Notes: generated by a model from the sequence alone, not told the origin. A stretch of DNA of 34,443 nucleotides from Octopus sinensis (GCF_006345805.1 NW_021832781.1:1-34443); one strand, 5' to 3'; positions 21,504 through 33,169 are shown, counted from the first letter of the stretch. Program-made: numbers and translations.

Positions 21504-21743
21504 CAGGGGTTGGATAAAATAATGGAAACGCCTTAAAATTTCAAACAATTATTTTAATATGGGGTAGGACCGCCTTTGGAAGTAATTACAGCTTGAATTC
21601 TACGAGGTATGGACTCGTACAAAGTTTGAATTGTTTCCAAAGGAATTTTTGTCCATTTTTCAGCTAAAACAGTCTCCAGTTCTATAGTGATGATGGTGAA
21701 GGATATCGACTCCTTAACTGTTTTTCTAAAACGCACCATAAAT
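21504..21743 (-). mobile_element. Tc1-family element right end
   Basis: TA|cagggg terminus. Minus ORF end ELETVLAEKWTKIPLETIQTLYESIPRRIQAVITSKGGPTPY* is a typical Tc1 C-terminus. Same family as 33852-34443. Confidence 0.88.
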
Positions 21744-21964
21744 CCCTTTTGGCACTAAGTGGAGTTTATAGCCTCAAAACAGCACTACAGCGGTGAAGAT
21801 GGGTTATAGATTTGATAACTACTGTGGCTGTTGTTGTTGGTGGTGGTTTGTCATCACGTGCCTTATTGCATATCCAAGATTATAGCATCCAATGTGTTCT
21901 TCTTTTAGGTAGGAGATGACTCCTATTTCTAACAGAATTAACGACGCCTAGAGGCTTCTTTCAT

Positions 21965-22510
21965 AGATGGACGGCTGTGGCGGGCTGGTACTGGTGGTTA
22001 TGACAATGATGATGATAATGGGTGCTATGATAATGGTTGGTAAGGTGGTAAGTTGGTGGTGCTGGTCGGGGGCTGGATGGGGTTCTAGAGGTGTTAGTAG
22101 TGGTGGTTTTGGTACTATTGACGCTGTTGGTAGTGGTGGTGGTGGTGGCTACGATAGTGGTACTGGCACTGATGGTGAGGCTTGAAATGGTGTTGCTGGT
22201 TGTGGTGATGGTGGCGACAAGGGAAAAATGGTGGGCGTGGTGCCACTAATGGGATTGGAATTATTGTTGGGTGGGCTACTAATGACGGTGGATACAGAGT
22301 GGAGGATGTCAGGGTGTGGTGGTGGCGTCGATGGTATCGGTGCCAGCTGCATGGGTGATGGAGGTGACGCGTGTGGAATTACCAGTGGTAGGGTGTATGC
22401 TCTGCATGTGTGCGCGCGTGCGTTGCGTGTGTGTGTACTGTGTGTGTGTACTGTGTATGTGTATGTGTGTACTGTGGGTGTGTACGTACGCGCGTGCGTC
22501 TGCAGAGAAG
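21965..22510. repeat. GGT/GAT-rich and (GT)n low-complexity sequence
   Basis: Degenerate trinucleotide and dinucleotide repeats. Confidence 0.7.
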
Positions 22511-22702
22511 GGCATTTCCGCTTAGGCATTGTTAAATCTTTTAAAAATGTCAAGGTCATCCATCACACTTGAAGACAACTTAGTTTTAGAGCAGCGATTA
22601 GGTCAAAGGTCGCGGGTGGAACAAAAAAATAAATACAAGAAAAACGATGCTATAAAGACAGACAGACGGAAAGACACGGATAGACAGATATCAGCGAGCG
22701 AA

Positions 22703-22736
<34 letters not shown>

Positions 22737-22794
22737 GAGCAGACACATGAATAGATTGATATACAGGCAGCCATATCGATAGAGGTCTAAATCT

Positions 22795-23192
22795 ATCGTT
22801 AGCATGTCGGCCAAAATACTTAGCGGCATTTTGTCCATCTGAGTTCAAATGTTCTGAGTTCAAATTCCGCCGAGGTCGGCTGTGCCTTTCATTCTTTCAG
22901 GACTGATAAATTAAGTACCAGTGAAACAGGGTCGATGTAACCGACTAGTGTCTTCCCCCAAAATTTCAGGCCTTGTGCCTATAGTAGGACTGGCAGAATC
23001 GTTAGCACGTTGGACAAGATGCTTAGCGGTATTTCTCCGCTCGCTATGTTCTGAGTTCAAATTCCGTTGAGGTCGACTTTGCCTTTCAACCTTTCGAAGT
23101 CAATAAAATAAGTACCAGTTGTGTACTAGGATTGATGTAATCGACTCGACTCGTCCCCCAAAGTTTCAGGCCTTGTGCCTATAGCAGAAAAG
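22795..23192 (+). mobile_element. Two head-to-tail old-tail family A SINEs
   Basis: Both contain gagttcaaattccg...gtcg and end in aaatttcaggccttgtgcctatag / aagtttcaggccttgtgcctatag. Confidence 0.85.
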
Positions 23193-23209
23193 ATTATTAT
23201 TATTATTAT

Positions 23210-23550
23210 CTACTTTTAATCTGCACTTTTGTTGCAATCACTTGCCGAGTCACACCCAGCATCCTAGGGAGAATGAAGGATAAGAGATGTTACAGTATGA
23301 CTGAAAGCTTGGGGAGGGCAAGTGGCAGTGGTGAAATAACAGACATTTAAATTGATAGGGTTTTTCTAAGGATGTGGGCAGTACTTGTCAGCACAATCTT
23401 TTGAATTTCTCTGAGACATGGTTCTTCAAGAATGTAATCTAGATGTTTCTGACGTTCCTTTTTTATTATACCAAGGTCACCTACAATAACAGGAACAGAT
23501 CTCATTTTAAGATGCCACATCTTTTGTATTTCAATTTCCAGGTCCTTATT
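23210..23550 (-). mobile_element. 3' end of an R4/Dong-clade non-LTR retrotransposon (RLE-domain C-terminus plus 3' UTR)
   Basis: KDLEIEIQKMWHLKMRSVPVIVGDLGIIKK...EIQKIVLTSTAHILRKTLSI* matches the R4/Dong pattern KYxDLxxExxxxW...VPVVVGALG. The 3' UTR runs into (TAA)n at 23193-23209. Confidence 0.82.
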
Positions 23551-23840
23551 GCTGCCCAAGATATCCATGCAGGCGGATTGAACTCTGTATCCCAGGACTC
23601 AATATTGGAAGCAATTTTTTGTCTGGAATTCTGACGATTTTGCCATTTGACCGAGATTAAAAAAATAAATGGTAATAAAATTAAAAAACAAAAAAAAAAC
23701 ATTTCTAACGTTAATACAAGACTCCCCCCCCCATTAGTGAAGAAGGGCTGTTTTCCATTAAATCGGCGAAGTGCAACAGATATATTATTTTTCTTTTATC
23801 ATAACCCAGAATATTTCTTTAGGACGATTAGATATAACTA

Positions 23841-24104
23841 CGAGGGGCGTTCAATAAGTAATGCCCCTGACCCACTTCCCATAGCAGTAGAGCAACGAAA
23901 CTTGATGCGGCTCTGGAGACCGTTTTTGTAGAAGAACCCAGCTTGGTCCTCCAACCTCAACGTGACTTCAGAAATCAAGGCTGCATCATCTGGGATACGC
24001 TTTCCTTTCAAAAACAACTTCATGATTGGGAAGAGGTGAAAATCAGAGGGTGCAAGGTCAGGAAAGTAGGGGGGATGGGGAGGAGTTCACAGCCATACGC
24101 CTGT
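23841..24104 (-). pseudogene. Mariner remnant (YSPDLAPSD region plus right ITR)
   Basis: TA|cgaggggcgttcaataagtaatgcccctg ITR. Minus-strand YGCELLP.PPYFPDLAPSDFHLFPIMKLFLKGKRIPDDAALISEV...FYKNGLQSRIK. Confidence 0.88.
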
Positions 24105-24117
24105 GCCATACGCCTGT

Positions 24118-24168
24118 TCCTCCGGCCGCGAGTCCGCTGCCCTAACCACTGGGCCATTGCACCTCCAC
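24118..24168 (-). mobile_element. Isolated tRNA-head fragment of the 4652/33470-type SINE
   Basis: Minus strand gtggaggtgcaatggcccagtggttagggcagcggactcgcggccggagga. Confidence 0.85.
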
Positions 24169-24299
24169 TTTTAAGGACTCTTGAGGATGGGGCAGTGCTC
24201 GCAACATTTGCAGACGCTCTGAGCCCAGTAAGCTTGATGCCGTTAATCTTTCAGCTAAACGATTACTAAATACTACCAGGCAGAAACTTTGTCCCGGCA

Positions 24300-24723
24300 C
24301 TTACTCTTTTACTCTTTTACTCTTTTACTTGTTTCAGTCATCTGACTGCGGCCATGCTGGAGCACCGCCTTTAGTCGAGCAAATCGACGACCCCGGGACT
24401 TATTCTTTGTAAGCCCAGTACTTATTCTATCGGTCTCTTTTGCCGAACCGCTAGGTGACGGGGACGTAAACACACCAGCATCGGTTGTCAAGCAATGCTA
24501 GGGAGACAAACACAGACACACAAACACATACACACACACACATATATATATACATATATACGACAGGCTTCTTTCAGTTTCTGTCTACCAAATCCACTCA
24601 CAAGGCATTGGTCGGCCCGGGGCTATAGCAGAAGACACTTGCCCAAGATGCCACGCAGTGGGACTGAACCCGGAACCATGTGGTTGGTTAGCAAGCTACT
24701 TACCACACAGCCACTCCTGTGCC
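24300..24723 (-). mobile_element. Full-length family B SINE
   Basis: tRNA-like head ggcacaggagtggctgtgtggtaag...gggttcagtcccactgcg, CORE-like catcttgggcaagtgtctt, internal (TA/TG)n, tail (gtaaaaga)n. Confidence 0.92.
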
Positions 24724-25475
24724 TTGGAGTTTTTTTTTTTTTGTCAATTCACTGCTCTTTCTCAAAGAGAAAAAATACCAAAAATATATTGGAATAGAAA
24801 TAAGAATACAAAGCATCACAGAAAAAAAAAATATTAAGCTTCCGGTTATAAAAGACGTAGAACCAAACGCAAAAAAAAAAAAATCACAAACAATAGAAAC
24901 GTATAAAAAAAAACATAAACAAAACCCAACGAAATCACAAGTAACAAAATCTAATCACGACCTCCTCTTCCTTCTACTCACATTTCCATCAAGTTTATTG
25001 AGTTAAGATGAAAATGTGAGCCACATGTAGTTTGGCTCTGACAATTTTACTCTGGCATTATTAGCTGTGGTTAAATGGCGGGTGGCAACGCTTATTTGGA
25101 GGGAAGGAGAGATTTTTGAACTTCAAATGGCCACCAAAAACTGTTCTGTAATTCCAAATGATTTTAACCGTTTGGACAGCAAAATTCTTGACTTTTGTCT
25201 ATTGTTTTTGTTTTGTTTTAATTTTTTTTTTATTTCATGTTATTTTCTTTCAACATTTTATTTTGTATCTCATTTTGTGTTTTTTCTTTTCTTTCTGGAA
25301 TTTTTGCGTCTCTGGTTATGCATGCTTATTTTTTTGTATTTGTTTACTTATTTGAATATAAATTTTTATATATTTTTTAGTTTTTTTTTTCAATTCCCGG
25401 AAGTTGTTATCTATTTCCTGGTAAAACGGTTAGAAATACGAAGCCGAAACTCGTTGATATTCGGGTAGAATTATA

Positions 25476-25789
25476 AGTAATAGTAGTAGTAGTAGTAGTA
25501 GTAATATAGTAGTAGTAGTAGTAGTAGTAGCAGCAGCAGTGGCAGTGGTGGTAGTGGTAGGAATAGTGGTAGTCGAGTAGCAGGAGCAGTGCCGGTAGTA
25601 GTAATAGTAATAGTAGTGGTAGTAGTTGTAGCTGTAGTGGTAGTAGTAGTTGTGTTAGTAGCAGTAGTAGTGGTTGTGGTAGGTGCAGCAGGAGCAGCGG
25701 CAGTAGTGGTGGTGTTGGTTGTGGTTGTAGTAGTAGTAGTAGTAGTAGTAGTGGCAGCAGCAGCAGCAGTAGTAACAGTAGTAGTAGTA

Positions 25790-25824
<35 letters not shown>

Positions 25825-26720
25825 ATAGTCGTTTCTGTTGCTATCGTTGATAACGATGACGTTGATAATGTTGTTGGCATTGTTATTCGTGTTATTTCTC
25901 CTTTTTTTAAAAAAAATTATTGTTCTTTACGTGTTGTTGTTTTTATTTTTGTTGTTATTGTTATCATTCTTGTTTGTGATAATATTTTTTTCTTGTTGAT
26001 GTGGTTGATCATCTTACGGCTACTAACTGCTGTTGTTGCTGCTGCTGCTGCTGCTCTGCTGATGATGATGATGATGATGCTAATAACGACGACGATGGCG
26101 GCGATGATGACGATGACGACGACGATGATGATGATGACGGTGATGATAGTGATGGTAATGATCCGGCTGTTAAACTGTTGACATTGCTGTTTTCTTCTTC
26201 TTCTTCTTCTTCTTCTTCTTCTTCTTCTTCTTCTTCTTCTTCTTCTTCTTCTTCTTCTTCTTCTTCTTCGTCTTCTTCTTCGTCTTCTTCGTCTTCAACC
26301 AAACGTGAAATTTTCGCTGACTCCCAACATAACTGACGACACAGAAAACGAAACATTAATTTGTGATCACAGTCAAAGGGAACACAATCCTGCACAAAAG
26401 TATTTGAATCCCATTCTGTGTGTGGTATGAGAAGTTTTGGCGCCATTTATTTGGTGGCGCTGATTCAACGCTGACTTACTTGACAGCCGACGTTTTACGT
26501 TTCTGTCATTCTCTCCCTAGCCTTTCTTTCTTTCTTTCTTTCTTTCAGTCTCTCCTTTTTTTCAAAAAAAATGCATTCTTCCAGTTTTCTCACTTCTTTT
26601 TATCCTTCTGTTCTTTGTCTTTGTTTCTTTCCTTCTCCCCTTTCTTCGATGCCATGCAAGCGTACTTTTTATTGCTGCTTCTGCTGCTGCTTCTGTTGTT
26701 GTAGCTGTTGTTGTTCCTGT

Positions 26721-26755
<35 letters not shown>

Positions 26756-26990
26756 TTGATGATGATGATGCTGCTGTTCTCGCTGCTATGACTGCGGGCA
26801 AGATTTAACCACACACTGAAACAGATACACGAAATAAATGGCACAACAATAATAGCCAAAAACACACAAAATCAAATAAAAAACAAAAAAAAAAGCAAAA
26901 GAAGTATCGTAAGTAGCAGCAACAATAACAATAACAGCAGCAACAACAACAACAATGGCGATGACGTCGGGAATGGCAACAGTTAACACT
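25476..26990. repeat. Patchwork of trinucleotide microsatellites (AGT, GCA, GTT, GCT, GAT, GAC, TCT, AAC)
   Basis: Direct reading; includes a long near-pure (TCT)n at ~26193-26295. Confidence 0.85.
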
Positions 26991-27055
26991 TTTAATTTAA
27001 TAATAATTGCATCACTTTAGTACTGTTAGCATGAGTATGTATATACGTGCCTATA

Positions 27056-27089
<34 letters not shown>

Positions 27090-27175
27090 TATATATATGT
27101 GTGTGTGTGTATAATATACATGTATGTATATAGGATGTATATATATGCATATATATATTTATATATAATACAATA

Positions 27176-27209
<34 letters not shown>

Positions 27210-27959
27210 TAATATATATATTTATATATATACATATATATATATACATATATATATTCATATATGTACACACACATACATATATATGCTTTTGTGTGTG
27301 TGTATACATATATACATAGACATATATATGTGTGTATGTATGTGAGTATGCATGTGTCTGAATTTGCATATATTTGCTTGTATTTGCATAAGTATACACC
27401 CACACATACAGGCATATGTGTGTATGTATGTATGTATGTATGTATGTATGTATGTATGTATGTATGTATGTATGTGTGTATGTGTAAGTATCAGCGTGTA
27501 TCTGCATTTGTGTATGTGCGTGTATGTACGGGCGTATGTGTGTATAGATATATTTCAAGTTAACATGTAGATACTTATCTCTCTCCTATCATAAACAACA
27601 CACGTACACACTTATACACACGTGTATGTGCGCGTGCGCGGCAGAGCTTCAGTGTGTCTGCGTATGAAAGTGTGTGTGTGTGCGTGTGTGTATTATGGAT
27701 GTAGAGAGGGTAGTTAAGCATCCGCATGTTCGCTTGAAATATATCCCGATGTCCTGAAGTAGAAGCGGTTTAGGTTTGCTTACTGAAAACATCTTCATTT
27801 TCTCGATTGGCAAGTATTAAATTTCATTGACAGGTGCGTAGAGGAGGCCATACGAGTGTTACATGTGATTAACTGAGTTATGACCAGTATTAACATTTGT
27901 GACAGTATCTCACGAAATATTTTAAGGCTTCATCAGTTTATACGTAAGGTGTCGTAGTC

Positions 27960-28563
27960 ACCTTACGAGCAGCGAGCTTGCAAAATCGTTAGCACGCCGG
28001 GCGAAATGCTTAGCGGTATTTCATCTGCTGTTACGTTCTGAGTTCAAATTCCGCCGAGGTCGACTTTGCCTTTCATCCTTTCGGGGACGAATAAATAAGT
28101 ACCAGTTACGCACTGGGGTCGATATAATCGACTTAATCCGTTTGTTTGTCCTTGTTTGTCCCCTCTGTATTTAGCCCCTTGTAGGTAGTAAAGAAATAGG
28201 CATTTCGTCTGCCGTTACGTTCTGAGTTCAAATTCTGCCGAGTCGACTTTGCCTTTCATCCTTTCGGGGTCGATTAAATAAGTACCAGTTACGCACTGGT
28301 GTCGATATAATCGACTTAATCCGTCTGTCTGTCCTTGTTTGTCCCTTCTGTGTTTAGCCACTTTTGGGTAGTAAAGAAATAGGTATTTCGTCTGCTGTTA
28401 GATTCTGAGTTCAAATTCCGCCGAGGTCGACTTTGCCTTTCATCCTTTCGGGGTCGATAAATTAAGTACCAGTTACGCACTGGGGTCGACGTAATCGACT
28501 TAATCCGTTTGTCTGTCCTTGTTTCTTCCCTCTATGTTTAGCCCCCTGTGGGCAGTAAAGAAA
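27960..28563 (+). mobile_element. Family A SINE trimer, all young-tail
   Basis: Units restart at g(t/c)atttc at 28016, 28200 and 28383. The whole trimer is flanked by taaggtg(t/c)cgtagtc at 27945-27959 and 28564-28578. Confidence 0.93.
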
Positions 28564-29442
28564 TAAGGTGCCGTAGTCCTTTAGTTATTTTGTCGATCCC
28601 CCGTGGTTCGGTGATGTTCGAGTTGTTAGTGTGTCGGACAGAATGCCTTGTGGTATTTTTGTCGGCCCTTTGCCCGCTGAATCCAAAAAATCGAGAGCAT
28701 CTTTGTGTTGCATTCTTTCGTGGTCAATAAATTTAAACTATGGTTGTAGATCAGCAGATCAGCAGGGCTATTACAGCATCTGATAGGCTGATGGTGACGA
28801 TTGGGCGTGGCTGTTTGGATGCTGGCAACAACAACCATAGTAAAAGAAAGAGGCACTTGTAATCCCTTAACCCTTTTCGAAATAGCGGTTAAAAATCCAT
28901 CTAATCGCACCGTACTGCCTTAAAAATTTAATGGAGGACATTATCAGATGATGTAACCCAAGATAACATATGCTTTGAAAAGATGTGATCACGGCTAGAA
29001 TGCATTTTATCATTTTATCATCGATGAGCGATGGCTAGAAGGATATTGAGCTTTATTTGATAACCAGCTGATCTAGCAATCGGCGCCTCATATCAGTGAG
29101 GGGGGCCGGTGCACATTGATGCCGTCGAAAGGTAGGCCCCGAAACGGCACGCATTCTCTCCTGATGACCTCATACACTTGCTGGGTTCCGGTATACGGAG
29201 TTATTGACCGGTAGCACTTGCATGTGCAAGATGTTTGCAAGACATCATAGGGTTAGGCGATCGTGCTCAACCCGAGGCTAAAATTCCTCAACAGTAATAA
29301 CAACAATTCAATGTACAGCTGGCATTTGTTTTATTGCTTTGACACTTGGATTCATTGAAACTAGAAGTGTCACTTCCGATCAAGCAGAACTGTGTGCAAA
29401 AAGTCCTTAGAATGAATAGTAAAAATACAAACAGTTCAGGCC

Positions 29443-29770
29443 CACTGGGTTCAGTCCCACTGCGTGGCATCTTGGGCAAGTGTCTTCTGCTATAGCCCCG
29501 GGCCGACCAATGCCTTGTGAGTGGATTTGGTAGACGGAAACTGAAAGAAGTCTGTCGTATATATGTATATATATATATATGTATGTGTGTGTGTTTGTGT
29601 GCTGGTGTGTTTACATTCCCCGTCACTTAGCGGTTCGGCAAAAAGAGACCGATAGAATAAGTACTGGGCTTACAAAGAATAAGTCCCGGGGTCGATTTGC
29701 TCTACTAAAGGCGGTGCTCCAGCATGGCCGCAGTCAAATGACTGAAACAAGTAAAAGAAAAAAGAAAAAA
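29443..29770 (+). mobile_element. Family B SINE, 5'-truncated, with an internal deletion after the microsatellite
   Basis: Nearly identical to the 24300-24723 copy from the B box to the tail. Confidence 0.9.
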
Positions 29771-30299
29771 AAAACATTCAGCAAAGGGAAATAACTCAAA
29801 AACGCACGCCATGGATTATGATAAACCAAAAATGTATGAATGTATTCTATGACGTAACGGAAAAAATTTAATAAATTGAAATTTTCGTTTTAGCTGGATA
29901 TAATAATTACAAAAAAATAATAATAAAATAACCCTAGCGGCATTCAGTAGAGACTAACAAAGAAAAGGGGAGAAAACTTAAGCAGAAAATTAAGAATTAA
30001 TGTAAACTAAAACAAAGATATGAAAAAATTTGAATTCTCATGCTGAAGGGGAAAGTCTTAAAATGAATACGGTTGAGCCCGTTTCACATAATTACTAAAT
30101 CTAATCAGATTAACGTAAGCTTTTAAGGAAGAAATAAAAAGAATATATATATATGTATATATATATATAATAAAATTTTGAAGAGAAATAACACGACGTC
30201 TCTAATGAAACGAAATACTATATGATATTTGGAGCGAGATTAAAATGTGGCGCCTGTATTAAAGCGAGCAATTACCAGCATAATTATTCTTCAAGACAG

Positions 30300-30307
30300 C
30301 AACAGCA

Positions 30308-30347
<40 letters not shown>

Positions 30348-30389
30348 TTACCACCACCACAACCACCACCACCACCACCACCACGACCG

Positions 30390-30432
<43 letters not shown>

Positions 30433-30600
30433 CACTACTATTACCACCACAACCACCACCACCACCGCTACTACTACTACTACTACTACTACCACTACTA
30501 TTACCACAACCACTACCTCCACCACCACCACCACCACCACCACCACCACCACACCACTACTACTACTACTACCACTACTACTACTACTACTACTACTAAA
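30300..30600. repeat. (CTA)n/(CCA)n compound microsatellite with higher-order structure
   Basis: Recurring (cta)n-tta-(cca)n-caa-cca blocks. Confidence 0.9.
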
Positions 30601-30751
30601 GAAAAAAGTGGTTTTCACATTGGCACTAACGTACTTGGGAAAGTGTTTAGTTGTCTCTGTTATTGTAATTGCTTATGTTGTTGTTGTTGTTGTTGTTGCT
30701 ATTGTTGTTGTAATTGTTGTTGTTCCTATTGTGGCTGATGTTTCGGTATAC

Positions 30752-30890
30752 GTTTGATCAAAGGCGTTCATGCCGTACCTACGATTTCTATATTTGCATA
30801 TCTAAAACGACGTTCCACAATATGTCCTTCCTTCTTAAAACGTTAATGTGAGATGTGAGTGAGATTCGGCTGCTTTTTCTAGCACGTCCA
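30752..30890 (-). mobile_element. Old unclassified repeat fragment, probably related to ~28868-29010 (+)
   Basis: attcggctgctttttctag motif also occurs at 13842, 21293 and 13207; weak similarity to 28868-29010. Confidence 0.3.
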
Positions 30891-31082
30891 AATCACTCCT
30901 GAAAATATATATATATATGTTTATATATATAAATTCAGGGTGAATACTTAATAAATGTAAGCACCTTTATATGCCAGCTAGTAGCAGAGGTGAGAGGATA
31001 TATGTATCAAATGAAATAAAAAAACAGAACACAAAGGATGTCGCGGTACACGTGTTTCAAGCTTTATAAAACAACTTATTCT

Positions 31083-31094
31083 TACACACACACA

Positions 31095-31174
<80 letters not shown>

Positions 31175-31340
31175 AATATACACGACGGGATTCTTTCAGT
31201 TTCCGCTTTCCAAATTCATTCACAAAGCGTTGGTCGGCCCGAATCTATAGTAGAGGACATTTGCCCAAGATGTCACACGGAGGCCCCGAACCCAGAGCCA
31301 TGTGCTTGGGAAGCAAGCTTGTTACCACACACCCACGCCT
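31083..31340 (-). mobile_element. Family B SINE 5' half with expanded (CA)n
   Basis: ttctttcagtttccg...ttggtcggcccg...ttgcccaag...accacacacccacgcc. Confidence 0.8.
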
Positions 31341-31534
31341 CACAGATTAGTTTCAAAAACGACGCCTATGAATACTTCTGAGAGAGAGGGGGAGGGAGAG
31401 GAGTAAGAGAGACAGAATGAGAGATAGAGAGAGGAGAGAGACAGAATAGAAGGAGAGAGAGAGAGAGAGAGAAGGGGGATGATGGAGAATGAGAGAGAAA
31501 GAAGATTAAGGGCTAAAACTGAATTGACGCTTGT

Positions 31535-31700
31535 ATTTATTTCACTGGTAAATGCCCCTGATTTTCCACTTTATTTATTGACTCCAAAAGAGCAAAAGAC
31601 AGAGTTATGAGCGGCGAGATTTGTAATGAGATTGTACGAGGGCCAGACTGAATGCCACGAGGTATCCGACTCTCTCATGATTCTACTAATTCGCCGCCTA
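31535..31700 (-). mobile_element. Very decayed family A SINE
   Basis: Minus-strand head aggcggcgaattagtagaatc; cactggt and ttatttattgactcc in the expected order. Confidence 0.45.
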
Positions 31701-31807
31701 TAATCCTGTTATGGGATTATCATACTTATTCCATCCAGTAACTAAATAACAAAGTAGTTAACCCATTTCAACCATGCTGTGATCTCGATATAATCTCTCT
31801 CTCTCCC

Positions 31808-32217
31808 TTTTTACTTGTTTCAGTCATTTTGACTGCGGCGGCCATGCTGGAGCACCGCCTTTAATCGAGCATCTCGACCCCGGAACTTATTCTTTGTAAG
31901 CCTAGTACTTATTCTATCGGTCTCTTTTGCCGAACCGCTAAGTGACGGCGAGGTAAACACACCAGCATCGGTTGTCAAGCAATGCTAGGGGGACAAACAC
32001 AGACACACAAACATATACACACATACATATATGTATATATATATATACATATATACGACAGGCTTCTTTCAGTTTCCGTCTACCAAATCCACTCACAAGG
32101 CTTTGGTCGGCCCGAGGCTATAGTAGAAGATACGTGCCCAAGGTGTCACGCAGTGGGATAGAACCCGGAACCATGTGGTTGGTAAACAAGCTACTTACCA
32201 CAGAGCCACTCCTGCGC
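31808..32217 (-). mobile_element. Full-length family B SINE
   Basis: Aligns end to end with 24300-24723. Confidence 0.92.
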
Positions 32218-32279
32218 TAATAATAATAATAATAATAATAATAACAATAACAACAACAACAACAGCAACAACAATGATG

Positions 32280-32332
<53 letters not shown>

Positions 32333-32344
32333 TAATAATAATAA

Positions 32345-32894
32345 TGCCTGGTGCAGTACCAGGCAGTGGCTCTCATGGCTTCTGATCTTAACTGATTGGA
32401 AGTGTTATCATGTACATTGTTTTGTCTTGGTAAATAAAAGATGGGCTACAGCAAATATCTGCTCAATACCACAGATTTGCTTGTCAGTTGTTTGACCTTA
32501 ACCAGTTGAGCATGTCCCTTCGTGGCTGACAATATGTGCATCTCTGATCACGAGCAGAAGTAGTGGGGGAGCATCATAGCCATGTGTGAGAGGGATTCTT
32601 TGGGGTTTGAATAGTCACCTCTGGAAAAATGGGTGGTTCTTTCAACATCCTTAAACAACCATTATTCAGGGACCGTTTGAGCGGGATGGGCTACTCAATC
32701 TGAAGAAAATTCTAACTGGGCCCCACCTGCAAGTCATGTGCTGTTTATCTTGATATGAGATCACCATGTCGCGCACATATGGTTGTGATGCTGTGCCTGG
32801 TGTACCTTTATCAGACGGGTAGTCATGATGGGTATATTGGGCTTCGTATATTTTACCCCAGTGTCACTTGATGGCATGCACTGCTCTCTCACTC
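32345..32894 (+). mobile_element. Unclassified ~550-bp repeat (family C), copy 2, within (AAT)n
   Basis: Same right end (ctgctctctcactc|aataat) as copy 1; left end carries hairpin tgcctggt-gcagt-accaggca. Strand is nominal. Confidence 0.85.
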
Positions 32895-33167
32895 AATAAT
32901 AATAATAATAATAGTAATAATAATAAAGAAAATTATATAGACGACCTAATTGTATCTTTCAAACATTTTTTCCATCAATTTACTCGTTATATTTCCTCAT
33001 TTTGAAACACTAGTCCAACTCTAATCTAGGTTTAAAAAGAAGCCTTGTGAATTATAGACGAAGATTTACAGTTTAAGTAATTAATTCCTTTGCCTGTTTG
33101 ATAATTTTCCAAATGAGTGCTGTTGGTATTTTGTGTTCTATTTAAAATTATTTAAATATGTTTGTGG

Positions 33168-33169
<2 letters not shown>

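Noticed and set aside
21967-22572. Gly-rich and Pro/Thr-rich ORFs
   Set aside because: Degenerate GGT/GT low-complexity DNA with no splice or domain support.
25400-25455. Possible further hammerhead (ctggtaa...ggtt/agcc gaaac)
   Set aside because: Two core mismatches and no clear stem I or III; too degenerate to call.
25407-26865. Poly-L/V/S/E/D/Q ORFs
   Set aside because: Trinucleotide microsatellite artefacts.
30222-30738. Poly-Tyr/His/Pro ORFs resembling structural proteins
   Set aside because: (CTA)n/(CCA)n repeats are open in several frames on both strands, with no unique coding flank.
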